DNA of 64,000 nucleotides from Flavobacteriales bacterium (GTDB lineage: Bacteria; Bacteroidota; Bacteroidia; Flavobacteriales; CAJXXR01), in NCBI GenBank assembly GCA_025210805.1, contig JAOAQX010000011.1:673-64672 (forward strand), given 5' to 3'. The notes beneath the pieces were generated by a model that did no database searches, was not told where the DNA came from, and saw nothing but the letters and a program-made list of their open reading frames with translations. Numbering within the stretch: the stretch's first letter is position 1; each line of letters starts with the position of its first letter. Below are positions 10,344 to 21,075 of this stretch, in pieces. The translations under genes were made by a program, and so were the position numbers.

Positions 10344-11492
10344 TTATAAACTTGAGATAAGTGTTTTTTGTTCACTTAACCACTTTTGGTATGAAGCTTC
10401 ATCTTCAACTACCACTTTGATTTGCATATTGTAGTGAGCTGCACCACAAATTTTGTTACACATCAAAACGTACTCGAATTTATCGTCTCCTGTTTCTGCT
10501 TTCATATCAGCAGTTGTCTTTGTTGGTGTGAAAGTAAATAATGTTTCAGCACCAGGAACACAGTTCATCTGCACTCTAAAGTGTGGCATATAAGCCGAGT
10601 GAATGATATCTTGTGAGCGGAATCTCATTTGAACCTGTTTATTTACTGGTAAATGAATTTCTTTTACTTGGATATCGTCTTCTCCCATCATTAGAGCCTC
10701 TTCAGTTGATTGAAGAGCAATTGCTTGTACAGATTTTTTCATTTTCATCAATTTCTTGATGTTTTCTTCTGCGTTTTTTACCTTGAAAGCGTTTTTACTT
10801 GTTTCGGCTATTTTTTGTGCCGAAGCAATATCTTCACTCAAAGATTTCAAGCGTGCATCTGTTGTAGTTTTTGATACCAATCCTGTGATATTATTTCCTC
10901 CAACATATCGTACATTTCCTTTACCTAGCTTATTGTCTGCCCCAGCATAACGAGCTGTCCAGTCAAATTGCTTAGCATAAACTTCCATATAAATTGTTTC
11001 CTTATCCTTTGTATTTGGAAACATTACATCATTCCAAATGCTTAATCCGTAGGTAATCAAAACGGCAAGTGCAACAGCAGGAATTACCGTCCAGATAAGT
11101 TCTAATTTATTGTTATGCGAAAAGAATGTAGCTTTTCTACCTTTTACTCCTCTGTATTTAAATGCAAACCAGAACAACATTGGTTGTGTTATTAGGAATA
11201 CCAAACAGATAATAATCATGGTAATTTGCATCAATCCATCATACTCTACACCATGCTCAGATGATGCAGGGGGTAGCATTACGTCCCACCAGCGGTAGGT
11301 CATATAGAAAACCGATACCATGAAAAGGATCATGAAAATAAGGAAATTAGTTCCTTGACGGTTGTTATCTCCAGTTGTAATATCGTCCGCGTTCTTACCT
11401 CCTAACTTAGAAGAAAGATTTAATAAACGAATGATCTGTGCTACTGTAAGCACAGCCAATACGATTACTGCTATTAACAAAAAGTTCATCAT
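10344..11492 (-). CDS. coxB: cytochrome c oxidase subunit II (with periplasmic insertion)
   Basis: Two N-terminal TM helices and CuA ligands (…HSAYMPHFR…CNKICGAAHYNMQ). Confidence 0.9.
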   Translation of the reverse strand: MMNFLLIAVIVLAVLTVAQIIRLLNLSSKLGGKNADDITTGDNNRQGTNFLIFMILFMVSVFYMTYRWWDVMLPPASSEHGVEYDGLMQITMIIICLVFLITQPMLFWFAFKYRGVKGRKATFFSHNNKLELIWTVIPAVALAVLITYGLSIWNDVMFPNTKDKETIYMEVYAKQFDWTARYAGADNKLGKGNVRYVGGNNITGLVSKTTTDARLKSLSEDIASAQKIAETSKNAFKVKNAEENIKKLMKMKKSVQAIALQSTEEALMMGEDDIQVKEIHLPVNKQVQMRFRSQDIIHSAYMPHFRVQMNCVPGAETLFTFTPTKTTADMKAETGDDKFEYVLMCNKICGAAHYNMQIKVVVEDEASYQKWLSEQKTLISSL

Positions 11493-11511
11493 TGTCTTGA
11501 ATTATTTGTCT

Positions 11512-13059
11512 TTAGTGAATTGTGTGATGTTTACTCTCTTCGTGCATAGGATGGTTTTCTTGAACCAATTTACGCTTAGAAAGCGAACGTAATGTTACGA
11601 ATATAAATAGTCCCATGAATCCAAGGAATAATCCGATCTCGGTAAACCCGATATGCCAATGAGCACCAACAGATCCTGGCATGATCAACATATATGTATT
11701 CAGTGCATGACCTAATAACATGAAGATACCAGCGAAAGTAATCATCCCCATAGAACGTTTTGAATCTCTACTCATCAAGAATAGAATTGGAACTCCCCAG
11801 TTTAATACTACGGTTAATAAGAATGGTACTTTATATTCTTCAAATCTGATCCAATAGTATGTTACCTCTTCAGGAATATTGGCATACCAAATAAGCATGA
11901 ATTGAGCAAACCAAAGGTAAGTCCAAAGATTTGAGAAAGCCAACATCATTCTTCCGTAATCATGGAAATGGTTTTCATTTACTTGTGGAAGGTATCCTAG
12001 TTTCTTTAAGAAAACAGTAATTAATGCCATTACAGTAATTGCCGAAACCCAGTATCCTGAGAATACAAACCATCCGTATAAAGTAGAGAACCAGTGTGGA
12101 TCAATTGACATTGTGAAATCCCAAGCCATCATAGAAGATGTTACGGCAAAGAATACAGCAAATACAGCTGATCTTTTAAATGCTTTCTTATACCATTTTG
12201 TTCCACCTTCGTTGTCTTCTCGAATAGAGAATTTTGTTAATGCTCTACCAAAAAGAATCCATCCAACAATGTAGATAACTGCTCTTAGCAAAAAGAAAGG
12301 ATTGTTTAGATATCCTGCCTTTCCTGCGATAAGTTTATCGTAATCTGGGTTTACAACGGCTCCAGCAACAGTATCATCATTAGTATATTCTAAAGCTCCT
12401 TCAGCTCCTGGAATCAGGTGAGTAAATCTCAAAGATTCATCCATCCAGTGATATAGGTGGTGTTTGTGCATTACTGCCATTACAATAATGAAAAGCATTA
12501 CTCCACCCCCAACAACTAAGTAAGAATACATTGCTTGAGGAATTCTCAAGATTAGTGCAGACCAACCTGATTGTGATACGTATTGAATTGCATAGAAGAA
12601 CAAAGCTCCTAAGGCAATGGTAAAGAAGAAGAAGTTTGCAAACATAAGTCCAGACCAAGGTCTTTGATGCTTGGCGTGGAAATAATGAATTGCGATATCG
12701 CTAACTCTCTCAACGGAGTCTGCGTCCTTCATTTCTTGTTCTGTAAAATGTGCATGATAATGATCCGCAAGTTTTTCGAAAAGTGGAGCGTAAACACCGA
12801 AATAGTGTGCATGCTCGCTATGAGGTAAATCGGCATCTTTTAGCGCTTGTGCTTTAATGTTTGCCTTAATCTCTTTTTCTGAAAATTGCTTATGCATATC
12901 AAATCCAAGTTCTTTAGCAAAAACTTCGACTTGGTGTTTTATTTCTTCATCGGTATGATGCTCAGAATTTGCAGACATAAACCCAAGGGTTCCCGCAATA
13001 ACTCCAATAGCTATAAGGATGAAAGAAAAAACTTTTGCTTTTTGTGAAAAAGTATACAT
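11512..13059 (-). CDS. actF: alternative complex III subunit ActF (NrfD-like quinol-interacting membrane subunit)
   Basis: 515-aa polytopic membrane protein sitting between actE and coxB, as in Flavobacterial ACIII-oxidase operons. Confidence 0.75.
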   Translation of the reverse strand: MYTFSQKAKVFSFILIAIGVIAGTLGFMSANSEHHTDEEIKHQVEVFAKELGFDMHKQFSEKEIKANIKAQALKDADLPHSEHAHYFGVYAPLFEKLADHYHAHFTEQEMKDADSVERVSDIAIHYFHAKHQRPWSGLMFANFFFFTIALGALFFYAIQYVSQSGWSALILRIPQAMYSYLVVGGGVMLFIIVMAVMHKHHLYHWMDESLRFTHLIPGAEGALEYTNDDTVAGAVVNPDYDKLIAGKAGYLNNPFFLLRAVIYIVGWILFGRALTKFSIREDNEGGTKWYKKAFKRSAVFAVFFAVTSSMMAWDFTMSIDPHWFSTLYGWFVFSGYWVSAITVMALITVFLKKLGYLPQVNENHFHDYGRMMLAFSNLWTYLWFAQFMLIWYANIPEEVTYYWIRFEEYKVPFLLTVVLNWGVPILFLMSRDSKRSMGMITFAGIFMLLGHALNTYMLIMPGSVGAHWHIGFTEIGLFLGFMGLFIFVTLRSLSKRKLVQENHPMHEESKHHTIH

Positions 13060-13080
13060 CGTTCCTAAGTAATTTTTCTA

Positions 13081-13674
13081 TTATTTTTTCCCTTGTTGTA
13101 AAACGTGAACATATCCTGTGATCTTCCATCTTTCTTCAGCCGTAAGTTGTGAGGCATGAGGTCCCATGGCATTGAGTCCATAAGTGATGGTGTGATAAAT
13201 ATGTCCGTCTGTCAAATTCTTCATAGTGGATCCACTACGTCTTGCTTGTGCATCATCGGCATAAGATGGAACAGCTCCGTAGATAGGATTTTTAATAGAT
13301 CCTTTCCCGTCTCCTTTCTTTCCATGACAATGGGCACAAAACTGAAGATAAAGTTTTTTTCCTTCCTTCGTTTCTTTTTCATTCATCTCGAAAGGGTTCT
13401 TCATTTCTTCACCTGCTTTTTTGTATCCCTCAAGATTGTTTTCATACTCAAATGGCATGAATCCTCTTGGAATGGTATTTTCTACAGGGGTTCTTGCAGC
13501 CATATTGTCCTCATAGATTTTATTTTCTCCATAAGTTTCATAAGATGGGCTACGGTACATATTTGGCATATACTCATATCCTGGATCATCTTTCCCGGCA
13601 CCACAAGATGTAAGGGCGAAAGCGATACCCAAAGAAGCTACTATGGGCTTGGCTATGTTGGTAATAATCTTCAT
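13081..13674 (-). CDS. actE: alternative complex III subunit ActE (monoheme cytochrome c lipoprotein)
   Basis: Lipobox (ALTSCGAG) and a single CxxCH (CAHCHG). Confidence 0.8.
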   Translation of the reverse strand: MKIITNIAKPIVASLGIAFALTSCGAGKDDPGYEYMPNMYRSPSYETYGENKIYEDNMAARTPVENTIPRGFMPFEYENNLEGYKKAGEEMKNPFEMNEKETKEGKKLYLQFCAHCHGKKGDGKGSIKNPIYGAVPSYADDAQARRSGSTMKNLTDGHIYHTITYGLNAMGPHASQLTAEERWKITGYVHVLQQGKK

Positions 13675-13685
13675 ATCTTCCTTAC

Positions 13686-14207
13686 TTATTCTTCAGTTTG
13701 AATTTTTACTTCTTCTGCTCCAGTTTCAAGCATCATAGCCTTCAACTCTTCTTCATTTCCATGAGCATGGATTTCCATCAAAAACTTATCATCTGTTGTT
13801 CTTGGATCTGGTGAAGTTGCATTCGAACCTGGATACAGTTTACAACGAATAAGATAAGTAATAATCATCAAGTGGGCAGCAAACATTACTGTTAGCTCAA
13901 ATGTGATTGGGATAAAAGAAGGTAAGTTATCAATTAAGCTAAAGCTTGGTTTACCTCCAATATTTTGTGGCCAATTATAAATCATAATATACCACATCAT
14001 CCACAAGGCGAAGATGGCTCCGATCACTCCATAAATAAATGAAGCAATTGCCAAACGGCTGTGTTTTAATCCAAGTGCATGATCGAGTCCGTGCACTGGG
14101 AAAGGTGTATAAACTTCATCGATATGAACGCCTTTTCCGCGGATATCTTTAACGGCATCCATTAGGATATCGTCGTCACCGTAAATTGCATATACTTTAT
14201 TACTCAT
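13686..14207 (-). CDS. actD: alternative complex III subunit ActD
   Basis: 173 aa with one TM segment, overlapping actC by 8 nt. The position is conserved in ACIII operons. Confidence 0.7.
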   Translation of the reverse strand: MSNKVYAIYGDDDILMDAVKDIRGKGVHIDEVYTPFPVHGLDHALGLKHSRLAIASFIYGVIGAIFALWMMWYIMIYNWPQNIGGKPSFSLIDNLPSFIPITFELTVMFAAHLMIITYLIRCKLYPGSNATSPDPRTTDDKFLMEIHAHGNEEELKAMMLETGAEEVKIQTEE

Positions 14208-15585
14208 GATGATCTCCTCCTTTTTTGTATTGTGAACCTGAAGACTTAACGATAGATTTTAGTTCGGCCTGTGCAATTACAGGGAATGTTCTTGCATACA
14301 ATAAGAAAAGTACGAAGAAGAATCCGATAGTACCAAGGTACACTCCTACATCAATAAATGTTGGTGAAAACATTGACCAAGAAGATGGCAAGAAATCACG
14401 GTGTAGAGAGGTTACGATGATTACAAATCGCTCAAACCACATTCCAATGTTTACAAAGATTGAAAGTACAAATGTAAACACGATGTTTGTTCTCAATTTT
14501 TTAGACCACATAAACTGTGGTGAGAATACGTTACAAGTCATCATTGACCAGTACGCCCACCAGTAAGGTCCTGTTGCTCTGTTTAGGAAAGCGTATTGTT
14601 CATATTCTACTCCAGAATACCAAGCAATAACAAGCTCCGTGATATAAGCAACCCCTACGATAGATCCTGTAACCATAATGATGATATTCATTAACTCGAT
14701 ATGTTGCATCGTGATATATGCTTCCATATTGGTTACTTTTCTCATTACAAGTAAAAGGGTTTGTACCATGGCAAATCCTGAGAAGATCGCTCCTGCAACA
14801 AAGTAAGGAGGGAAAATCGTGGTGTGCCATCCTGGAATTACAGAGGTAGCAAAGTCAAAAGATACAATGGTGTGTACCGAAAGTACCAGTGGCGTTGCAA
14901 GTCCTGCAAGAACCAAAGAGATTAATTCAAATCTTTGCCAGTCTTTAGCCTTTCCAGTCCATCCGAATGCAAGGATTTTATAAATTCTCTGTGTGTATTT
15001 TCCTACTCTTGCTCTGTCACGGATCATGGCAAAATCAGGAATTAATCCCATATACCAGAATACCAATGATACAGAAAGGTAAGTAGAAATTGCAAATACA
15101 TCCCATAGTAGTGGCGAGTTGAAGTTTACCCAAAGGGTTCCCAACTCATTTGGGATTGGCATTACAAAATAAGCGAGCCAAGGACGTCCCATGTGAATGA
15201 TTGGGAAAAGTCCGGCTTGGACTACCGCAAAAATGGTCATGGCTTCCGCAGAACGGTTGATTGACATTCTCCATTTTTGACGGAATAATAAAAGTACGGC
15301 TGAGATAAGGGTTCCGGCGTGACCGATTCCTACCCACCATACGAAGTTGGTGATATCCCAAGCCCAGTTAACGGTTTTGTTTAGACCCCAAACACCGATT
15401 CCCTCTGAAATGGTGTAAACAATGGATCCTATTCCCCATAGGAATGCTACAAGGGAAAAGCTGAAAAGAATCCACCAATGTTTATTGGCTTTTCCTTCTA
15501 TCGGACGAGCGATATCCTCTGTGATTTCATGGTAAGTCTTATCTTCCAGAATAAGAGGTTCACGTATAGGTGATTCGTAATGCAT
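14200..15585 (-). CDS. actC: alternative complex III subunit ActC (NrfD/PsrC-like quinol oxidation subunit)
   Basis: 461-aa polytopic membrane protein of the NrfD/polysulfide-reductase membrane-anchor type. Confidence 0.85.
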   Translation of the reverse strand: MHYESPIREPLILEDKTYHEITEDIARPIEGKANKHWWILFSFSLVAFLWGIGSIVYTISEGIGVWGLNKTVNWAWDITNFVWWVGIGHAGTLISAVLLLFRQKWRMSINRSAEAMTIFAVVQAGLFPIIHMGRPWLAYFVMPIPNELGTLWVNFNSPLLWDVFAISTYLSVSLVFWYMGLIPDFAMIRDRARVGKYTQRIYKILAFGWTGKAKDWQRFELISLVLAGLATPLVLSVHTIVSFDFATSVIPGWHTTIFPPYFVAGAIFSGFAMVQTLLLVMRKVTNMEAYITMQHIELMNIIIMVTGSIVGVAYITELVIAWYSGVEYEQYAFLNRATGPYWWAYWSMMTCNVFSPQFMWSKKLRTNIVFTFVLSIFVNIGMWFERFVIIVTSLHRDFLPSSWSMFSPTFIDVGVYLGTIGFFFVLFLLYARTFPVIAQAELKSIVKSSGSQYKKGGDHHE

Positions 15586-15612
15586 AATAAACTGTTTATA
15601 CTATCGCTAAAA

Positions 15613-18600
15613 TTATAGGTTTCTTACTTTTGTTTGATACCACACAGATGGCTGTGTGTTCAATTGTTCTAGAGAGTGATAAGCTCTTGGTGATTCTTTC
15701 AACTCTGCCACTTCGTGGTCTTTGTTCATTGAATCTCCAAACACCATTGCTCCTGTGTCACACGCTAAAGTACAAGCGGTTTGTGCTTCGTGATCCTTCA
15801 CTTGACGACCTGCTTTCTTGGCGTCTAGTTTTGTCTTTTGGATCATGTGTACACACATAGAACATTTTTCAATAACTCCTCTAGATCTTACAACTACATC
15901 TGGGTTCAATACCATTCTTGAGTATTCGTCATTCATTACGAAATCGAAATCATCATTTTGTGAGTATTGGAACCAGTTGAAACGTCTTACTTTGTAAGGA
16001 CAGTTGTTTGCACAATATCTTGTTCCGATACAACGGTTATAAGCCATGTGGTTCAACCCTTCACGTGAGTGTGAAGTTGCAGCTACTGGACATACATTCT
16101 CACATGGAGCATGATTACAGTGCTGACACATTGTTGGTTGGAATACCACTTGTGGAGTTTCTGAAGGAATTTCCATGTCTAAATACATGTCAATTACATC
16201 CATCAATCCATCTGTATTGGCATTTTCTTTTGTTGTATCAGATGAGTAATAACGGTCGATACGCAACCAGTGCATCTCACGTCCTACTCTTATTTCTTCT
16301 TTTCCTACAACTGGTACATTGTTTTCTGCATGACAAGCTACCACACAGGCTGCACAACCATTACATTTTGTAAGGTCGATGCTCAAATTCCAGAAATGTA
16401 CATCTCTTTCAAATTCTTGCCAAAGGGTTACTTTTTCTACATGCTTCTTTCCTTTATGAGTATCAAGGAAAATATGATCGGTTCCAGCAGTTGGGTCTTT
16501 TTGGAATTCAGCAAAAGTAGTTTCTTTGATGATTTCCGAACGATCCATAGCAGTTGAAGCAACTTGTGTAAGGGCAAATTCGTGACCTCCACTTGCTCCA
16601 GAAGTTTTTTCAATTTTGAAGTTATCGCTTGTCAATGAGAAGTTGTTGTACAACTCATAAGCATTGATTCCAAAATTAAATACTTCTTTACCTGCATGGG
16701 TTCTACCATATCCTACAGCCAATCCTACTGTACCTCTTGCTTGTCCTGGTTGAACAAGTACTGGTACTTTTTCAATAGTTGTAGATCCGTTGCTCAATGT
16801 TACATAAGCTCCGTTGATAGATCCGTTTGATTGCATTTCGTTTTCAAGTCCCCATTCTTTAGCATCTGAAGCGTTTACCGTAAGGTAGTTGTCCCAAGTT
16901 GCTTTAGAAATTGGATCTGGAAGTTCCTGTAACCAAGGGTTGTCAGCATGACTTCCGTTTCCGATACCAGACTTTGTATAAAGAGTCATTTCAAGTCCAG
17001 AAGCTTTTCCTGCATTAGCCTTAATCGCATTGGCAATAGCCATAAAATCAACAGCTGATGAAGTTGCCGTTTCTGGTGTTTCTGTTTCTGCTGCTACTAC
17101 TGGTGCTTCTTCTGTTGGAAGAACAGCTGCCGCTTTCGTATCTGCTAAGAAACCATCATGAAGACATTGATTCCAGCTTTGTCCGTTTAACAAATTGGTA
17201 TCCCAATAAGTTTTTAGGGCTGTGTAGGCATCAGTCTCTTCACCTAACCATTTCAATAATGATACATTCCATTGGCGTGTATCAAATAATGGTGAAATAG
17301 TAGGTTGGATTAATCCAATATAGTTTTTTGTTGGTTGTGCATCTCCCCAAGATTCAAACAAATGATTATCTGGAGTGATATACTCACACAAAGCTGTAGT
17401 TTCGTTTTCTTTTAATGTAAAAGAAACAGTGAGTGCTACTTTTTTAATAGCATCTGCAAATTTAAGGCTCGATGGAAGTGTGTAAGCTGGGTTTACATTG
17501 TGAAGCATTAAAGCTCCAACTTTTCCAGCGTTCATATCTTTGATAAGTTGAGCAACATCTGCGTCATTTCCTTGTCTTTGGAAAGATACATTGTCCATAT
17601 CAATAGTAGATCCATAAGAAGCAATCAATTCGTTGATCTTATTGACTACCATTTGGATATTTTTATCACTTGAACCAGAAACAACCAATGATTTCCCTTT
17701 GGCTACCCAAAGTTCATTGGCTACAGTTTTTAGTTGCTCATCAAGATTAGATTTTTTTGAACTGTAGGTTTGAGCACCTGCTTTTTGAGCAAGCATATTG
17801 TACAAGTTCAAAAGTAAAAGTCCTTCTTGTGATGGTTTGATTGGGAATCTATAATCGGCATTGGAACCTGTTAGAGACATATTTGCCTCAAACTGGTAAT
17901 GCTTATTCATTCTTCCTGACTCTGGATTTCTTCCTTTGGCATAATCGGCACCAAATTCATTTTCTGTCCAGTCTTGGATAAAATCGGCTCCGAAAGAAAC
18001 GATGATATCTGCTTTATCAAACTTATAAGTAGGTAAAACTCTTTTTCCAAACATTTCTTTGTTTGCATCTAGCATGGCACTGTAAGAAACAGCATCGTAG
18101 GTTACATGCGAAAAGTTTGTATAAGTTGTTTTGTATTTTTCAATAACTGCTTTTATTGATGGTGAGATGATTGTTGAAGTCATCAATACCATTCTTTTAT
18201 CGGCAGAAAGTGCTTTTAGTTTTGAAGATATTTCTTTGTCAACTGTTTCCCAGTTTGAGTCTTCTCCCCCTTTCATTGGGTTAATTACTCTTCCTGAATC
18301 ATACAAAGAAAGTAGTGATCCCATCACACGAGCCGAAAGACCTTTTCCGTAGGCTGCATCTGGGTTTGCTTTTAAGAAAATAGGACGACCTTCTCTGTTT
18401 TTTACTAAAACAGATGCGTAGTCATGTCCATCAAAGTAAGTAGATGCATACCAGTTGGCTTCTCCAGCAACTACTTCTTCTGGTTTTACAACATAAGGAA
18501 TTGCCTTGTAAACAGGAGCTTCACATGAAGCAATTGTTGCCGCAGCGGTACTAAATCCTACAAACTTCAAGAAATCACGTCTTGATGTTGATGATTCTTC

Positions 18601-18717
18601 TACCTTTTCCGTTGTTTCCTCAGGAGATTCTTGAAACTCTCTTGACTGTATTTCCTCGATTGCAGGATGTTTTTCTAACTCCTGAATACTTGAATAATAT
18701 ATTTTTTTACTAGCCAT
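15613..18717 (-). CDS. actB: alternative complex III subunit ActB (fused molybdopterin-oxidoreductase-like plus 4Fe-4S ferredoxin domains, Tat signal)
   Basis: Tat motif (SRRDFLKFVGFSTAAA). Cysteine clusters at the C-terminus (CNGCAACVVACHAENN, CQHCNHAPCENVCP, CIGTRYCANNCPY). 1034 aa. Confidence 0.85.
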   Translation of the reverse strand: MASKKIYYSSIQELEKHPAIEEIQSREFQESPEETTEKVEESSTSRRDFLKFVGFSTAAATIASCEAPVYKAIPYVVKPEEVVAGEANWYASTYFDGHDYASVLVKNREGRPIFLKANPDAAYGKGLSARVMGSLLSLYDSGRVINPMKGGEDSNWETVDKEISSKLKALSADKRMVLMTSTIISPSIKAVIEKYKTTYTNFSHVTYDAVSYSAMLDANKEMFGKRVLPTYKFDKADIIVSFGADFIQDWTENEFGADYAKGRNPESGRMNKHYQFEANMSLTGSNADYRFPIKPSQEGLLLLNLYNMLAQKAGAQTYSSKKSNLDEQLKTVANELWVAKGKSLVVSGSSDKNIQMVVNKINELIASYGSTIDMDNVSFQRQGNDADVAQLIKDMNAGKVGALMLHNVNPAYTLPSSLKFADAIKKVALTVSFTLKENETTALCEYITPDNHLFESWGDAQPTKNYIGLIQPTISPLFDTRQWNVSLLKWLGEETDAYTALKTYWDTNLLNGQSWNQCLHDGFLADTKAAAVLPTEEAPVVAAETETPETATSSAVDFMAIANAIKANAGKASGLEMTLYTKSGIGNGSHADNPWLQELPDPISKATWDNYLTVNASDAKEWGLENEMQSNGSINGAYVTLSNGSTTIEKVPVLVQPGQARGTVGLAVGYGRTHAGKEVFNFGINAYELYNNFSLTSDNFKIEKTSGASGGHEFALTQVASTAMDRSEIIKETTFAEFQKDPTAGTDHIFLDTHKGKKHVEKVTLWQEFERDVHFWNLSIDLTKCNGCAACVVACHAENNVPVVGKEEIRVGREMHWLRIDRYYSSDTTKENANTDGLMDVIDMYLDMEIPSETPQVVFQPTMCQHCNHAPCENVCPVAATSHSREGLNHMAYNRCIGTRYCANNCPYKVRRFNWFQYSQNDDFDFVMNDEYSRMVLNPDVVVRSRGVIEKCSMCVHMIQKTKLDAKKAGRQVKDHEAQTACTLACDTGAMVFGDSMNKDHEVAELKESPRAYHSLEQLNTQPSVWYQTKVRNL

Positions 18718-18737
18718 TTTTTTTAGTAATTAGGAAA

Positions 18738-19964
18738 TTAGTAGTGACATTTTCCACATTCTAAACCACCAATTTTATCGACAGTCATCTTCTCTCCATG
18801 GAATTTTTCTGCCCAACGCTTATTGAGGTTTTCGTAATAAGGGTTATCCGTATTGATTTCTGTCTTTCTATGACACTCAACACACCATCCCATAGTAAGT
18901 GGGGCATGTTGTTTTACTTCTTCCATAGTCTCGATAGGACCGTGACATGTTTGACATTCAATTCCTCCTGCGCTTACGTGCTGAGAGTGGTTGAAATATG
19001 ATAAATCTGGCAAATTGTGGATTTTCACCCATTCAATTGGCTTTTGATCATAGTTTTCTTTATATGAACGTACTTCAGGGTCGTATCCTATTGCTTCGTA
19101 AATCTTACTGATTTCTTTGGTTCCTGTGTTTGTTCCTTCGTTAATATAAGTATGACAATTCATACAAACATTAGCAGAAGGAATTCCTGCCGTTTTTGAG
19201 TGACGAGCACCCGAGTGACAGTAATTACAGTCGATTCCATTATCTCCAGCGTGAATTTTGTGTGAGAAAGCTATGGGCTGTTCTGGCTGATATCCTTGGG
19301 CTACCCCAATGGTATCAAAAACGCCTTCCCAAGTATCTTTTACTCCTAAAATAACCAAAACTGAAACAATTACAATGGTAACACCTGGATTTCTTTTCAG
19401 CCAAGCTTTCACTTGATTGAGCATCGTTGGTGTTTCGTCATCCATTGCTTCTTTTACAGCGTTTTTAGCCTTTACAGCCGCCATAAAACTTGCCAACAAG
19501 ATTACCAAAGCAGCGATAATGGCAATTATTCCGCCACTTCCGTTGTCTTCTTCCACTGCACCACCGTTGGTAGTAGCAGCTGCTTCTTGTTTCTTTACTG
19601 GTGGATTTTCGATATAAGCCAATACATCGTTTATTTGCTCGTCTGAGAAGTGAGCAAATGCCGTCATCGGTGACTTATTGTACTCTTCGAAGATAGCAAC
19701 CGCATCAGGATCTCCTGCTTTGATCATATCTTGTGAGTTTCTAATCCAGCTAACGAGCCATTCTTTTTCCCTCTTTTCTGTAACTCCAGAAAGAGCGGGA
19801 CCTACTAGTTTTTTGTTTAAGGCGTGACAAGCCGCACAATTCGCTTTAAAAAGCTCCTCTCCTTTGGCTGCATCTTGGGCATTAGCAGGCGTACTCATTA
19901 AAAATGAGAACCCTGTGAATACCACAGCAAAAACTAGCAGTTGTAAAGACTTCAATTTTGTCAT
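18738..19964 (-). CDS. actA: alternative complex III subunit ActA, multiheme cytochrome c (6 CxxCH motifs)
   Basis: Heme-binding motifs CAACH, CNYCH, CMNCH, CQTCH, CVECH, CGKCH. Signal peptide and TM helices between the N-terminal monoheme and the C-terminal pentaheme parts. Confidence 0.85.
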   Translation of the reverse strand: MTKLKSLQLLVFAVVFTGFSFLMSTPANAQDAAKGEELFKANCAACHALNKKLVGPALSGVTEKREKEWLVSWIRNSQDMIKAGDPDAVAIFEEYNKSPMTAFAHFSDEQINDVLAYIENPPVKKQEAAATTNGGAVEEDNGSGGIIAIIAALVILLASFMAAVKAKNAVKEAMDDETPTMLNQVKAWLKRNPGVTIVIVSVLVILGVKDTWEGVFDTIGVAQGYQPEQPIAFSHKIHAGDNGIDCNYCHSGARHSKTAGIPSANVCMNCHTYINEGTNTGTKEISKIYEAIGYDPEVRSYKENYDQKPIEWVKIHNLPDLSYFNHSQHVSAGGIECQTCHGPIETMEEVKQHAPLTMGWCVECHRKTEINTDNPYYENLNKRWAEKFHGEKMTVDKIGGLECGKCHY

Positions 19965-20222
19965 TACTTTTTGAGTCAGTTTATCTTAATTCAACTAAGC
20001 CTTAACACCTGATAATCAATTAACTACGTGATTTATAGCGCTTTCCTCTCAGATCTAAGGTTCTTCCATCACTTGCAAAAATAAAATTTTCATTGCTTTA
20101 ACTTTTATTAAGAAACCTTTTTTTTTGCAGTTTAAAACGATTCTAAATAAGATAGTTTTTAAGTTTTTTTTCAATAATGAAAATTCGGCTTCACAAATGA
20201 ATTGATTAAGGGGGTTTTAGCA

Positions 20223-20978
20223 CTAGTTCTCTCTTCCCACTAATTCCAAAACTAGGGTATTTCCGCTTCTATTTTTCATTTCCATTTTTAGAAATCCGTA
20301 TTTAGGATGATAGGTATATTTTCCTTTTCCAAACTTATTCGTCCCTTGTAAAAGAAAAACAAGCTTTTTTCCATAAAAAGTATTTCGATACACTTGTGCT
20401 GTGGTTTGAAATTTTACTCCTTGGTATTCCCATTTCTGACCAACAAATATGTTCTTTGAAGCATTGGGAGGGGGAATTTTAGAAAATTCTTCCATAAAAT
20501 AGGCTTGAGGGAATTCCATATTTAACGCCTCCTTGTCCTCAAAAACATGGTGTTTTTCAGAGATCCCTAGTTTTCCATGTGGTCTATTCCAGAATTCCCA
20601 CCGAACTTCCGTATTGAGCGTATTTGTATGTTCTGTATTCTCATGACTCACCAAAACCACTTTATCTATCGGGTATATATTTTCTATACCTTCGGCTCTG
20701 TCTCCTTTTCTTTCTTTTCTCCAATCGAATTGTTTTTTAGTCGCATCCCATACTATCACAATTTGACTTTTCACTTTATTTGCATCTTGAATCCAAATAT
20801 TATAAGTGTACTTTTTTCCAGATGGAAAAACAGTGTTATCCTCATTGGCTTTGTTAGGCGCTCCACTGTCTTTTATCACCTCCTGATTATCCTTATAAAG
20901 ATCTGGCACTGAATCGCAAGAAAAAAAACTCATTAAAATAAAAAGTACAAAAAGCCGTTTTGTAAGCATCATAATCAA
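20223..20978 (-). CDS. hypothetical lipoprotein
   Basis: Signal peptide with lipobox (LMSFFSCDS). No recognisable catalytic motif. Confidence 0.5.
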   Translation of the reverse strand: MIMMLTKRLFVLFILMSFFSCDSVPDLYKDNQEVIKDSGAPNKANEDNTVFPSGKKYTYNIWIQDANKVKSQIVIVWDATKKQFDWRKERKGDRAEGIENIYPIDKVVLVSHENTEHTNTLNTEVRWEFWNRPHGKLGISEKHHVFEDKEALNMEFPQAYFMEEFSKIPPPNASKNIFVGQKWEYQGVKFQTTAQVYRNTFYGKKLVFLLQGTNKFGKGKYTYHPKYGFLKMEMKNRSGNTLVLELVGREN

Positions 20979-21075
20979 ATAATTTTAGGCTTAAAGATAA
21001 AAATACCTCAGTAAAAATGAGTTTATTTTTGGTTTTTATGTTTGTGGAGCTTATATTTCTAGATAGTTATCCTGT

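Noticed and set aside
13156-13701. 181-aa plus-strand ORF
   Set aside because: It is antisense to actE, which has the lipobox and CxxCH. No motifs.
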